A stretch of DNA of 64,000 bases, taken from Candidatus Latescibacterota bacterium (GTDB lineage: Bacteria; Latescibacterota; UBA2968; UBA8231). The position numbers and the translations under genes were made by a program. Shown one piece after another: positions 9,824-19,160 of this stretch. The notes beneath the pieces are model-generated. The model was not told where the DNA came from, did not search any database, and worked only from the letters and a program-made list of their open reading frames with translations. The stretch's first letter is position 1, and each line of letters opens with the position of its first letter. The stretch is from the NCBI GenBank assembly GCA_965223905.1, contig CBDCXV010000002.1:288001-352000 (forward strand), written 5' to 3'.

Positions 9824-10390
9824 ATGTAAATGGCGATAGTATCAGTGCTGTTGCGCGAAAGTTACCGGAAAAGGGCAGGTCAAGAGCCCCACCCTGGCCA
9901 GCATCTTGCACCTCGGGCATGAGCAAATCGAGTCCCTGCGGCGCGTCCTCAAGGGCGAGAAGCTGGTGCCCGTCCACGCGCTTTTCGAGATCACCCGCTC
10001 ATTGTCGCACGGCCACGACGCCGCGGTGCTGGGCGCCAAACGAGCTCACAAGTTCGACGAGCTGTTTCAGGCCACCGAGCAGGCGTTGGACAAAATCCGC
10101 CAGGCCACCCGCGTTCCCAACGGCGTCTTGCGGGCAAGGACCGCATCGGCGTGCGCGCCAGCCGCCCCCCTCACCACTTCAAGATGGGCAAGCACTTCCA
10201 GGCTCGAGATCGGGGAGGAGGCCTTCGGCTATCTGCGAACCAGGAGGCGAATCGCCGCCGAGGCGGACCTGAGGCATCTACGTGATCCCCACCCGCGTAT
10301 CGGCCGAGGCCATGGACGCCGACGCCGGTGAGGATTCCTATAAGAGCCTGTCGGCCGTGGAGCGGGCCTTCAGCTCGCAAAAGAGCCGGT
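9824..10390 (+). mobile_element. IS1634-family transposase remnant (internally deleted, frameshifted)
   Basis: Fragments across frames match IS1634 motifs: LLRESYR, LRRVLKGEKLVP..FEITRSLSHGH.AAVLG, RLEIGEEAFGY.R....IAAEA, YKSLSAVERAF. The start ATG is followed immediately by TAA. Confidence 0.75.
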
Positions 10391-10400
10391 CATGCGTCAA

Positions 10401-10579
10401 CAACCCATCGGCTTGGAACCCATTGATGACGGTGTCTGGGAGGTGTGGTTCGGTCCCTCAGACTGGGTCGCATGGATGAACGACAGCTCACCATCACCGA
10501 CTGTTTGGATAAAGCCGCTCGCCGGAAACTGTAAACCATGGTCCCGGACTATTCTGTAAAGGATGTACTCGACCGCTCA
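10401..10579 (+). mobile_element. IS481-family 3' remnant with right end
   Basis: Peptide QPIGLEPIDDGVWEVWFGP/RLGRMDERQ is typical of the IS481 transposase C-terminus. It is followed by tgtaaaccatggtcccggactattctgtaaaggatgt, which resembles IS481 terminal repeated motifs. Confidence 0.65.
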
Positions 10580-10635
10580 ATGAATGATTGTAGTGTCGCG
10601 ATCTGCGGGTTGGAGAAAGGTGGGTGTAACTGACG

Positions 10636-12369
10636 ATGGCAGGGGATGTTACTCAGTTGTTCAGAGGCACGGTAGTGGCTGATTCGAAATGCCTGAGCAG
10701 CTCCAGCGCCGGATGCCGCGCCCCTCTGCTCTACCTGGTTGGCGTTGTGGTTGTCACGGCGGATCCTTTCGGAGTAAATGCTGAAGTGCGTTTTACGGAT
10801 GTCGCCGATGAAGTCGGTATTGACTTTGTCCACTATAGCGGCGCTGCCGGTCGCAAGTATCTGCCCGAGGCCATGGGTGCCGGCGTTTGTGCCTTCGACT
10901 ATGATTCAGACGGCGACCTTGACTTCTACTTTGTGAACGGCGCGCCACTGCCTGGTTCCCGTCTCGGGTCCAATCCAGCGAACGCGCTGCACCAAAATGA
11001 CCGCGCGGGTGATGGGGCGTTGCACTTCACCGAAGTCCCCTCGGCTGGTGGCGCTGACGACAGCGGATACGGGATGGGGTGTTGCCTTGGTGACTACGAC
11101 AACGACGGCGACCTCGACCTCTACGTCACGAACCACGGTCCGAATCGCTTCTTTCTGAATGACGGTGGCGGTCGCTTTGCGGACGTCACCGACTCGGCCG
11201 CGGTAAACGACGCCAGCTGGGGCAGCGGATGCGCCTTTGCCGACTACAACCGGGACGGCCTGGTCGATCTGTATGTCGTCAACTACCTCGACAATGCCGT
11301 CGTCGACGCACCGACCTGCGAGCAGGATGGGAAGCCTTACTACTGCCACCCCCGCCATTTCCCGGCGCAGGCTGACCTCCTTTACTACAACCTGGGTAAC
11401 GGGCGTTTCGAAGACCGTTCGCGCCAGGCTGGAATCTATAATGACACCTTTGGAAAGGGCCTGGGCATTGCGGCCTTCGACTTCGATCTGGACGGCGACA
11501 TCGATATTTACGTGGCCAACGACACCACGCCGAACTTCCTCTATCGCAACGAGGGTGGCGTTTTCACTGAGATCGGCGAACTCACTGGCACCGCCTACAA
11601 CGACAACGCCCGCGCCGAGGCCGGCATGGGAGTGGCCGTCGGCGACCCTGACGTCGATGGGGATTATGATCTGTTCGTCACCAACTTCGAGCTTGAGACC
11701 AACACCTTCTATCTCAATGAATCCCCAGGCTTCTTCACAGATGCCACCTACGCCGTAGGACTGGGAGAGCCGAGTCTCAAATACCTGGCTTTCGGCACCC
11801 TGTTTTTCGACTACGACAACGACGGCGACGAGGATCTCTTCGTCGCCAATGGCCATATCCTGACTGAGCTGCAGCTCCATGACGGATCAATCGGTGCCGA
11901 GCAACCGGACCAGCTGTTCGGCAACGATGGTCTGGGCCGCTTCGTCGATGTCTCGGCGAGCTCCGGAGAATATTTCAACCGCCGCATGACGAGCCGGGGC
12001 GTCGCCTCGGGGGATTTCGATCTCGACGGCGATCTGGATCTCGTCGTTACTCACAGTGCCGCTGCGCCGTCCCTGCTGCAAAATGACGGTCTCGGTGATT
12101 CCAACTGGCTGCTAGTGGAGCCCCGCGGAGCGAATGGCCGGTACGACAACGTCGGCGTGCACCTGCGGGCCGTGACCGGAGGAAAGTCTCAATTCCGGCA
12201 GATCAGCGCCGGCACCAGCTACCTGTCAGAAGGTGAACGGGCCGCTTGGTTCGGGCTGAGACATCATTCATCAGTAGATACGCTCGAGGTTCGCTGGCCC
12301 GGTGGCCATCAGCGCCTTCTCACTGACGTGCCGGCCAATCAACGCCTCGAAGTCGACGTATCGAAATAG
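10636..12369 (+). CDS. CRTAC1-family protein (FG-GAP/VCBS repeats + ASPIC/UnbV domain)
   Basis: Repeated DYDxDGDLD motifs; C-terminal SAGTSYLS..ERAAWFGL...LEVRWPGG. Confidence 0.9.
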   Translation: MAGDVTQLFRGTVVADSKCLSSSSAGCRAPLLYLVGVVVVTADPFGVNAEVRFTDVADEVGIDFVHYSGAAGRKYLPEAMGAGVCAFDYDSDGDLDFYFVNGAPLPGSRLGSNPANALHQNDRAGDGALHFTEVPSAGGADDSGYGMGCCLGDYDNDGDLDLYVTNHGPNRFFLNDGGGRFADVTDSAAVNDASWGSGCAFADYNRDGLVDLYVVNYLDNAVVDAPTCEQDGKPYYCHPRHFPAQADLLYYNLGNGRFEDRSRQAGIYNDTFGKGLGIAAFDFDLDGDIDIYVANDTTPNFLYRNEGGVFTEIGELTGTAYNDNARAEAGMGVAVGDPDVDGDYDLFVTNFELETNTFYLNESPGFFTDATYAVGLGEPSLKYLAFGTLFFDYDNDGDEDLFVANGHILTELQLHDGSIGAEQPDQLFGNDGLGRFVDVSASSGEYFNRRMTSRGVASGDFDLDGDLDLVVTHSAAAPSLLQNDGLGDSNWLLVEPRGANGRYDNVGVHLRAVTGGKSQFRQISAGTSYLSEGERAAWFGLRHHSSVDTLEVRWPGGHQRLLTDVPANQRLEVDVSK

Positions 12370-12500
12370 GTCGCCTTTTCATCTCATCCCTTGTTCTTCA
12401 TTTCATACAACCGAAAAACCGCCAGTGTCCCGTTCATCGGCGTTTCGCACGCTTTGTTCAGGCTCCAGCGCGGCGCGGCCCCCGGTCGATCGAACAGAGG

Positions 12501-12680
12501 TCAATTGAGCCGTACGTGCGGGATGGGATGGTGCATATGCCGGTCCTCGTCCAGGTCGGATTCCTCTTCAACCTCGACGAGGCACTCGATGCCCGCCGCG
12601 GCGTCGCTGAGGGTAAGGGCGATCTCCCGAAAATGATCGGCCCTGATGGCGACGGTGGTGCTGCGATAGTGGAGAGACAC
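12501..12680 (-). CDS. Possible small hypothetical protein (~59 aa)
   Basis: Manual translation from GTG: VSLHYRSTTVAIRADHFREIALTLSDAAAGIECLVEVEEESDLDEDRHMHHPIPHVRLN. Codon usage looks genome-like; below the ORF-track cutoff; start uncertain. Confidence 0.4.
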   Translation of the reverse strand: MSLHYRSTTVAIRADHFREIALTLSDAAAGIECLVEVEEESDLDEDRHMHHPIPHVRLN

Positions 12681-12830
12681 GCAGGCCGGGAACTGTCGCC
12701 GCCATCGCTTGGCGCCGCGACCTCCTGCACGCTCCGGTTCAAGGCGAGGAACTCCGGGCGGGCGTTCCCCCCGGGGCGGGAGGCATTATGTTGCGGCCGA
12801 TCGCCGCTCGATGCTGGTTTTTCGGTTGGT

Positions 12831-14147
12831 TTACAACCGGGCGAGCGCCCGGTGTGCGATGTCGCGGCGGTAGTACTTTCCCTCGAAGGAAACGGCATCG
12901 GCCGCCTCGTACACCTTGTCGACCGCCGCGGCGACTCCGGGGGCGACCGCGGTGACGCCGAGGACCCGCCCCGACGCCGTAAGCAGCTTCCCGCCGGCCA
13001 GCTCGGTGGCGGCGTGGAAGACGAACACATCCTCGCGGCCGTCGAACCTGTCGAGGCCGGAGATTTCCTTCCCGGTCTCGTAGGATCCGGGGTAGCCCTC
13101 GGAGGCGAGTACGACGCAGACAGCGGCCCCGCTCCCGGTGCGCACGCTGCTGCTGACCTTGCCGATGTCTCCCTGAGCGGAGGCCAGCAACAGCTCAACG
13201 AGGTCGGACTCGAGCAGAGGCAGAACGACCTGGGCTTCGGGATCGCCGAAACGGCAGTTGAACTCCACTACCCTGGGATGGCCTTCCACTATCATGAGGC
13301 CAACGTACAGCACCCCCCGGTAGGGACAGCCAAGGCGCGCCATCTCACGCAGCACCGGCGCCACGATCTCCGCTTCGACGCGGCCCGTCATCCCGGCAGT
13401 CATGACGGGCGCCGGGGCGTACGCTCCCATGCCTCCGGTATTGGGCCCCCGGTCCCCCTCGAAAATCGGCTTGTGGTCCTGGGCCGGAACGAGGCTGACG
13501 AACTCGTCGCCGTCGGTGATCGCAAACAGCGAGGCCTCTTCCCCATCCATGAAATCCTCGATGACGATCTCGGAGCCGGCGTCGCCGAACTGCAGGTCGA
13601 CCATGCGCTCCCGCACCGCGGCGACCGCCTCCTCCGGCCGGTGGCAGACCGCCACTCCTTTGCCCGCGGCCAGGCCGGCCGCCTTTACGACGATCGGCGT
13701 TCCCCGCTCCTCGATGTAGGCAAGCGCTTCCCCGCTGTCGGTGAAGGTGCGGTGGGCCGCGGTCGGCACCCCGATCCGGGCCATCAGCTCTTTCGAGAAG
13801 CGCTTGTCGGTTTCGATGCGCGCCGCCGCGGCGGTCGGACCGAACACAGGCAGCCCCGCGGCCGCGAACTCGTCGACGAGGCCGCCGGCGAGGGCATCCT
13901 CGGGACCGACGACCGTCAGGTCGATCCGCCGTTCCGAGGCGAAGTCGCGCAGCCTGAGGATCTCGGAGCGCAGCCTCTCCATGTCCGAGGAAGGGGTGTC
14001 GACGCGAATATCCGGGAGGCAAGCGGCCAGCGCGGCCAGGCCCGGGCTCCCGGGCGCGGCGAAGATTTCCGATACGAGCGGACTCCGGGCGATCTTCCAG
14101 GCGAGAGCGTGCTCCCGCCCACCTTTGCCGACGATCAACACCTTCAT
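12831..14147 (-). CDS. purD: Phosphoribosylamine--glycine ligase
   Basis: MKVLIVGKGGREHALAWK, VVKAAGLAAGKGV, QDHK...GPNTGGMGAY, EFNCRFGDPE. Confidence 0.97.
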   Translation of the reverse strand: MKVLIVGKGGREHALAWKIARSPLVSEIFAAPGSPGLAALAACLPDIRVDTPSSDMERLRSEILRLRDFASERRIDLTVVGPEDALAGGLVDEFAAAGLPVFGPTAAAARIETDKRFSKELMARIGVPTAAHRTFTDSGEALAYIEERGTPIVVKAAGLAAGKGVAVCHRPEEAVAAVRERMVDLQFGDAGSEIVIEDFMDGEEASLFAITDGDEFVSLVPAQDHKPIFEGDRGPNTGGMGAYAPAPVMTAGMTGRVEAEIVAPVLREMARLGCPYRGVLYVGLMIVEGHPRVVEFNCRFGDPEAQVVLPLLESDLVELLLASAQGDIGKVSSSVRTGSGAAVCVVLASEGYPGSYETGKEISGLDRFDGREDVFVFHAATELAGGKLLTASGRVLGVTAVAPGVAAAVDKVYEAADAVSFEGKYYRRDIAHRALARL

Positions 14148-14189
14148 TCAGCGGTCTCCTCGTGATTTGGGCCGGGAAGCCTGCCCGGA

Positions 14190-15140
14190 CTACGCGTATC
14201 CGAACTCCTTCAGGTCCCGGTCGCGGTTGCGCCAGTCTCGGCGCACCTTTACCCGCAGCTCGAGATACACCTCGCGGTCGAGCAGCTCCTCGATGCCCGC
14301 CCTGGCGCGGCTGCCGATCCGCTTCAGCATGCTGCCCCCGCGCCCGATGACGATCCCTTTCTGGCTCTCGCGGTCGACGTAGAGGACCGCGCTGACGTAG
14401 GTCTTTCTCTGCGGAGGCCGCCCCCCCGGACGTAAGCCTTCCGCCTCGGGGTCGCGGAAGTCGTCGACGTCGACGGCGATCGCGTAGGGCAACTCCTCGG
14501 AGAGCTGTTCGAAGGCCGCCTCGCGGACCAGCTCGCCGGCAAAGAACCGCTCCGGCTGGTCGGCGATGACCTCGTCCGGGTAGAGCCTCGCCCCCAACGG
14601 CAGCGCCGCTTCCAGCTCGGCCAGCAACGGGGGGACGTTCTCCCCCGTGACCGCTGAAACCGCACGCAGGGTATCCAGGCCGAGGTCGCCGGCGACAGCG
14701 GCGGCAACCCGCTCGCGGGAATCCTCCGGGATCGTATCGATCTTGTTCAGCGCCGCTACAACCGGTGCCTTCGTTCGCTCAAGGAAGGAGCTGACCAGGT
14801 CGATGCGGTTGCGCGGCCGCGATCCGTCGACGAGCAGCAGGATCACGTCGGCGTCGCGGGCCGAGCGGTCGATCTGACGTCCCATGGTCTCGTGCAGGCG
14901 GTAGCTCGGCTCCAGGAGGCCCGGGGTGTCGAGGAAGATCATCTGGCTCTCCGGGCGGCTGAGGATGCCGCGAATGCTGCAGCGCGTCGTCTGGGCCTTG
15001 GCGGTGACGATGGACAGCCGCTGCCCGAGGAAGGCGTTGAACAGCGTCGACTTGCCCGCATTCGGCCGCCCGACGAGGGCGACGTATCCGCAGCGCGTGG
15101 CGGCGGACGGGGTAGGTGGATCGTTGGTTGGTGCGCTCAG
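14190..15140 (-). CDS. era: GTPase Era (extends upstream of the ORF-track start; probable CTG start)
   Basis: The in-frame upstream sequence encodes RCGYVALVGRPNAGKSTLFN...KAQTTR, then DTPG, NKID and the KH motif SQKGIVIGRGG. Confidence 0.93.
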   Translation of the reverse strand: MSAPTNDPPTPSAATRCGYVALVGRPNAGKSTLFNAFLGQRLSIVTAKAQTTRCSIRGILSRPESQMIFLDTPGLLEPSYRLHETMGRQIDRSARDADVILLLVDGSRPRNRIDLVSSFLERTKAPVVAALNKIDTIPEDSRERVAAAVAGDLGLDTLRAVSAVTGENVPPLLAELEAALPLGARLYPDEVIADQPERFFAGELVREAAFEQLSEELPYAIAVDVDDFRDPEAEGLRPGGRPPQRKTYVSAVLYVDRESQKGIVIGRGGSMLKRIGSRARAGIEELLDREVYLELRVKVRRDWRNRDRDLKEFGYA

Positions 15141-16066
15141 AAGTCCGTGGTCGCCGAGAAGACGTAGGTCGCCTCGAGATCGTGCTGCTGATAAGCCAGG
15201 TCCAGGCGCAGCATGTCGTGCGCCCGGATGCCGATACCGAAGGCCTGGCGCTCCTCCTGGAGACCCGCTCTCAGGGCGAGCTTTCCGAGGTCGTACTCCA
15301 TTCCTGCAAGCATCGCGGCGGCTCCGCCGGAGGCGTCGCCCCCCCCGGCAGCTCCCAGCGCGAGATTGGCACGGCCCCGCCCCACGGTCCGGGTGATTGC
15401 GGCGGCGAAGAGGACGGAAGGCCGGATGCGGTCGCTGGTACCAGTGCTCCAGGAAATCGGCGAGGTGGTGGCATCCCGCACGACCGCGGCGATCGCCACT
15501 CCCGGCGACAGCCGAAAGCGCGCCCCGAGGTCGAGCCCGGCTCCATAGGCGCTGAAGCTCGCCACGCTTCGGTACACGAGCTTCACGCTCGCCCCGAGGT
15601 CGAGCCGTTCCGAGGCGCGGCGGCCGGCGGATAGGTACAGGGCGTAGTCGGAACTGACCTCCGTGGAGGAGACCTGCGGCCGGTTGTCCGCACTCGGCGG
15701 GGCCCCGGGATCGGTCAGCGCCGTGAAGGCGATGTCGTCAACCCCGAGCCGCAAGATGCCAACCGAGAAACCGTCGAAGAGGAGAAATCGCTCGACGTTC
15801 ACCGCGGCGAAATCGTGGGATACGAGACCGGCATACCGCTCGGAGTGCATCAGGTGGGCGCTGCGCTCGAGACCGGTCAGCGCCGCCGGGTTCCAGTAAC
15901 CGGCGGTCGCGTCGTCGACCAGGGCGAGGCTGGCGCTTCCCAGGGCGAGGCCGCGAGCCCCGGCTCCGACGGCGAGAAACTCGCCGGCATAGCCTGTGGC
16001 CGCGGAGGCCGGCCCCCGGCCGGGGAGCAGGATCACAGCGGCGAGCAGAATCGGGGGGAATTTCAT
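15137..16066 (-). CDS. PorV/PorQ-like outer-membrane beta-barrel protein
   Basis: Signal peptide MKFPP...; EFLAVGAGARGLALGSA...DDATAGYWNPAAL motif; terminal Phe. Confidence 0.8.
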   Translation of the reverse strand: MKFPPILLAAVILLPGRGPASAATGYAGEFLAVGAGARGLALGSASLALVDDATAGYWNPAALTGLERSAHLMHSERYAGLVSHDFAAVNVERFLLFDGFSVGILRLGVDDIAFTALTDPGAPPSADNRPQVSSTEVSSDYALYLSAGRRASERLDLGASVKLVYRSVASFSAYGAGLDLGARFRLSPGVAIAAVVRDATTSPISWSTGTSDRIRPSVLFAAAITRTVGRGRANLALGAAGGGDASGGAAAMLAGMEYDLGKLALRAGLQEERQAFGIGIRAHDMLRLDLAYQQHDLEATYVFSATTDF

Positions 16067-16119
16067 TGCGAAAAGTGTATGTGGGGCCCTGGGGAGGGTC
16101 AAGAAAGGCGGACGCCGGC

Positions 16120-17475
16120 TCAGCTTACCAACATGAGACGCAGATCCATCACATTGGTGCCCGTGGGCCCGGTCATCAAAAGGTCGTTCAGTGGCCGGAA
16201 GAAGTGGTAGGAGTCGTTGTTGTCGAGGAAGCTGACCGGATCGAGTCCGTGTCCGCGGGCGCGGGGGACGGTGTCGCCGTCACAGACCGCGCCCGCGGCA
16301 TCGGTAGGCCCGTCGGTGCCGTCGGTGCCGCCGCTCAGGACCGTGATTACTTCGCTGCCCTCCAGCAACAGGGCCGCGGCAAGGGCGAACTCCTGGTTGC
16401 GCCCGCCCTTTCCCGTGCCGCTGACCGCAACCGTGGTTTCCCCGCCGCTGATGATGCAGGCGGGCGGGGCGACCGGCTGGCCGCTGGCGGCCGCCTCTTC
16501 GGCAATGGCGACGTGGACCCCTGCCACTTCCCGGGTTTCGCCTGCGATCCGTGAGGACAGCACGAGCGGTTCGTACCCAAGCTCGCGCGCCTTGCGCTCC
16601 GCCGCCCCGACAGCAAGGCTGTTGTTCCCGACTACCAGATTGAGGGCATTGCGGAAACAATCCTCCCCGGCCCCGGGAGTATCGGCCGTTTTCCCAAGAC
16701 GCCCCTCTTCGATGCAGTTGAGAACCGCCTCGGGAATCCTGGACTCGATTCCGTAGCGCGCGAAGATCGCGTCACAATCGGCAAAGGAGGTCGAGTCGGG
16801 GTAGGTCGGCCCCGATGCGATGGTGTCGAGCCGGTCCCCGATGACGTCGGAGACCATCAGGGCCAGGGTCGGGGCGGGGTGCGAGAGCCGGGCGAGGCGC
16901 CCCCCCTTGACGCGGGACAGGTGCTTGCGAACCGCGTTTATCTCGGCGATAGTCGCACCGCAGGCCAACAGCTCCCGGGTCGTCTGCTGCTTTTCGGCGA
17001 GGGAGATCTCCGGGACCGGAGCGGGCATCAGCGCCGAACCTCCCCCGGAGAAGAGACACAGCAGCAGCGTCGAATCGCCGCAGCGGCCGGCGAGCTCCAG
17101 CATCTTCAGGGTTCCGGCGACACCTGCCTCGTCCGGCAGCGGGTGCCCCGCTTCCGTCGTCTCGATGCGCTCGAGAGGCACCGCGTGTCCGTACTTGGTG
17201 TTGATCGCACCTGCGGTGATACGGTTCCCGAGGCGCTTTTCCACCGCGGCGGCCATCGCCGGGGTCGCCTTGCCCGCCCCGATCACCAGTATCTCGGTGA
17301 ATCGGTCCAGGTCGTAGGATCTGCCTGCGACGAGAAGGCGTCCGCAATCGACCTTCAACGCCTCGAGCACGCATCGGTGCGGGTCGGCCGCGGCTACGGC
17401 CGCGGCGAAGATATCGGAGGCATCGGCTCGCCGCTGCTCGGGTCCGGGACGGCCGGATGCCCCGGTAGGCGGCAT
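16120..17475 (-). CDS. Glycerate 2-kinase (TtuD/GckA, MOFRL family)
   Basis: GAGKA, GHPLPD, SGGGSAL, IASGPT, GGETTV, GGRNQE, GTDGTDG, GPTGTNVMDL. Confidence 0.93.
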   Translation of the reverse strand: MPPTGASGRPGPEQRRADASDIFAAAVAAADPHRCVLEALKVDCGRLLVAGRSYDLDRFTEILVIGAGKATPAMAAAVEKRLGNRITAGAINTKYGHAVPLERIETTEAGHPLPDEAGVAGTLKMLELAGRCGDSTLLLCLFSGGGSALMPAPVPEISLAEKQQTTRELLACGATIAEINAVRKHLSRVKGGRLARLSHPAPTLALMVSDVIGDRLDTIASGPTYPDSTSFADCDAIFARYGIESRIPEAVLNCIEEGRLGKTADTPGAGEDCFRNALNLVVGNNSLAVGAAERKARELGYEPLVLSSRIAGETREVAGVHVAIAEEAAASGQPVAPPACIISGGETTVAVSGTGKGGRNQEFALAAALLLEGSEVITVLSGGTDGTDGPTDAAGAVCDGDTVPRARGHGLDPVSFLDNNDSYHFFRPLNDLLMTGPTGTNVMDLRLMLVS

Positions 17476-17563
17476 CAGGGAAGCGGCCCTCGGCAGAGCG
17501 GATTCCGGGGGCGGTTCATACGGGTTGCGGCTGTCCGTGAAGCCGGATGGAGGCCTTCTCCCT

Positions 17564-17596
17564 CAATGCGGATTTCTCCAATGCGGATTTCTCCAA
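17564..17596. repeat. 15-bp tandem duplication (caatgcggatttctc x2)
   Basis: Read directly; lies between lexA and the glycerate kinase gene. Confidence 0.9.
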
Positions 17597-17616
17597 GGAA
17601 CCGGCGGAAGGTGGGT

Positions 17617-18246
17617 TCAGTACTGCCGCATCAGGCCGACGACCTTGCCGGCGATGCGGAACTCGCCGCTCTCTCCGGTGACGACGATCGGGGGGAAGTT
17701 GTCGTTCTCGGGAAGAAGCCGTACCCCCGAGTGGTCGCGCTGGAAGCGTTTGACCGTGGCCTCGTCGTCGATCAGGGCGACGACGATCTCTCCCCGTTCA
17801 GCGGTTTCCTGGTGCCTTGCAACGACGATGTCGCCGTCGAGAATACCGGCATCGCGCATGCTCTCCCCGTGCACGCGCAGGGCGAACAATTCTCCGGAAG
17901 CCGGGGCGATCGCCCTGTCGACCTGCAGCGTTGTTTCCACGTTCTCCTCCGCCAGTATCGGGGTGCCCGCGGCGACGTGGCCGAGCAGCGGGATCTCGAG
18001 GGTGTTCCCCGCCCGCGGTAAGCGTTCTGCGAAATCGACCAGCTCGATCCCGCGCGACAGGCGCGGATGCCGGCGTATGTATCCCTTCTTTTCCAGCGCC
18101 GCCAGGGTGGTGCGGACGCCGTTCGTGGAGGATATGCCGAACTCCACCATGATTTCCCGTATGGTCGGGGGCGCTCCGCGGCTGCGGATGATCCCCGCGA
18201 TGAAATCGAAGATGGTCTGCTGTCTGGACGTCAGGCTTTTGCGCAT
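17617..18246 (-). CDS. lexA: SOS repressor LexA
   Basis: N-terminal winged HTH (PPTIREI...LEKKGYIRR), VAAG cleavage site, GESM catalytic Ser, EATVK catalytic Lys. Confidence 0.97.
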   Translation of the reverse strand: MRKSLTSRQQTIFDFIAGIIRSRGAPPTIREIMVEFGISSTNGVRTTLAALEKKGYIRRHPRLSRGIELVDFAERLPRAGNTLEIPLLGHVAAGTPILAEENVETTLQVDRAIAPASGELFALRVHGESMRDAGILDGDIVVARHQETAERGEIVVALIDDEATVKRFQRDHSGVRLLPENDNFPPIVVTGESGEFRIAGKVVGLMRQY

Positions 18247-18329
18247 GCCGAAAGCTCCCGGTTCGCTCCGTGGAATGCCGCACGCTCTGTTCCGACACCG
18301 AATGTGGGGAAAAACGGACGGTGCCCCTA

Positions 18330-18358
18330 TTTATACTGAACATTCGTTCATTTGTCAA
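18330..18358 (-). promoter_or_regulatory. Sigma70-type promoter of lexA (TTGACA-17 bp-TATAAA)
   Basis: The minus strand reads TTGACA aatgaacgaatgttcag TATAAA, about 85 bp upstream of the lexA ATG. Confidence 0.8.
18337..18350. promoter_or_regulatory. Putative LexA operator (SOS box) TGAAC-N4-GTTCA
   Basis: Palindrome TGAACATTCGTTCA between the -35 and -10 elements of lexA; matches the GAAC-N4-GTTC motif. Confidence 0.8.
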
Positions 18359-18475
18359 CGGCCTCGTCTGCAGGGAAACAACGGATGCCCTTGTGGGTTT
18401 CCTGCGCGTGCCTGGGTTGGAATGAACACCCTCGGCAAGACCCCCAGCGCGGTCGTTGGAACCGGTGGGATGCGA

Positions 18476-18504
18476 TTGACAAAGTGCACCCCGGTGGATA
18501 ACCT
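18476..18504 (+). promoter_or_regulatory. Putative sigma70 promoter (TTGACA-17 bp-TAACCT) for the FN3 locus
   Basis: Consensus -35 and a TAnnnT -10 with 17-bp spacing, divergent from lexA. Confidence 0.55.
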
Positions 18505-18524
18505 AACCAAGCGTCGCAAAAACA

Positions 18525-19088
18525 GTGGGTAAAGGTATTCCAACCACAGCCGCTTCGAACATTTCCGGTTCGATTCCCTCCCTGCGCCAGACCGGAGTTT
18601 TCGCAATCTCCGCAAAATCGTCTGCACACGTCACCATTATTCTGCTCGTCGCGGTCGCCATCCAGGCGGAGGCGGGGATCGGGGATTTCGTCAGCGCGCG
18701 GCGAACCCTCGGGCTGGCGTTCCTTGGAGCCGGCACTGCTCTTGCGGTCAAGGGCTTCGACTACCGCGAGGAGGCGGATGCGTTCTACGCCGACTACCAG
18801 CGCGCCGTCGATCCGATCGAGATCAACAGATTGTATCAGCGGACCACCAACCGCGACATCAAGGCGCAGGTCAGCTGGGCCCTGGCGGCTGCCTGCGGAG
18901 TCGGCGGGCTGCGCCTCTTGGCCACGGGAGACGGCGACCGGGTTGAACGGCCAGGCGAGTCGGAGGCTTCGCCTGAAGTCGACCCGTCCCGAAACCCGGA
19001 TACCCCAAAACCTCGGTTGCTGTTGAAGCCCCGGCTCGATCCCTCCAGGCGGCATTTCGGTCTCGAGATTTCCGGGCTGTTTTTCTGA
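18525..19088 (+). CDS. Hypothetical membrane/exported protein
   Basis: 187 aa with three hydrophobic stretches, ending RHFGLEISGLFF; directly upstream of the FN3 lipoprotein; start uncertain. Confidence 0.7.
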   Translation: MGKGIPTTAASNISGSIPSLRQTGVFAISAKSSAHVTIILLVAVAIQAEAGIGDFVSARRTLGLAFLGAGTALAVKGFDYREEADAFYADYQRAVDPIEINRLYQRTTNRDIKAQVSWALAAACGVGGLRLLATGDGDRVERPGESEASPEVDPSRNPDTPKPRLLLKPRLDPSRRHFGLEISGLFF

Positions 19089-19160
19089 TACCTCCGTATC
19101 TCCGGCTTCCTGCTCCTTGGTCATCCTCCTGTCATTGACCGCATCCCTTTCGAGAAACAG

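Noticed and set aside
18555-18573. Palindrome TCGAAC-N7-GTTCGA as a second SOS box
   Set aside because: The spacer is 7 rather than 4, and it lies inside a probable CDS.
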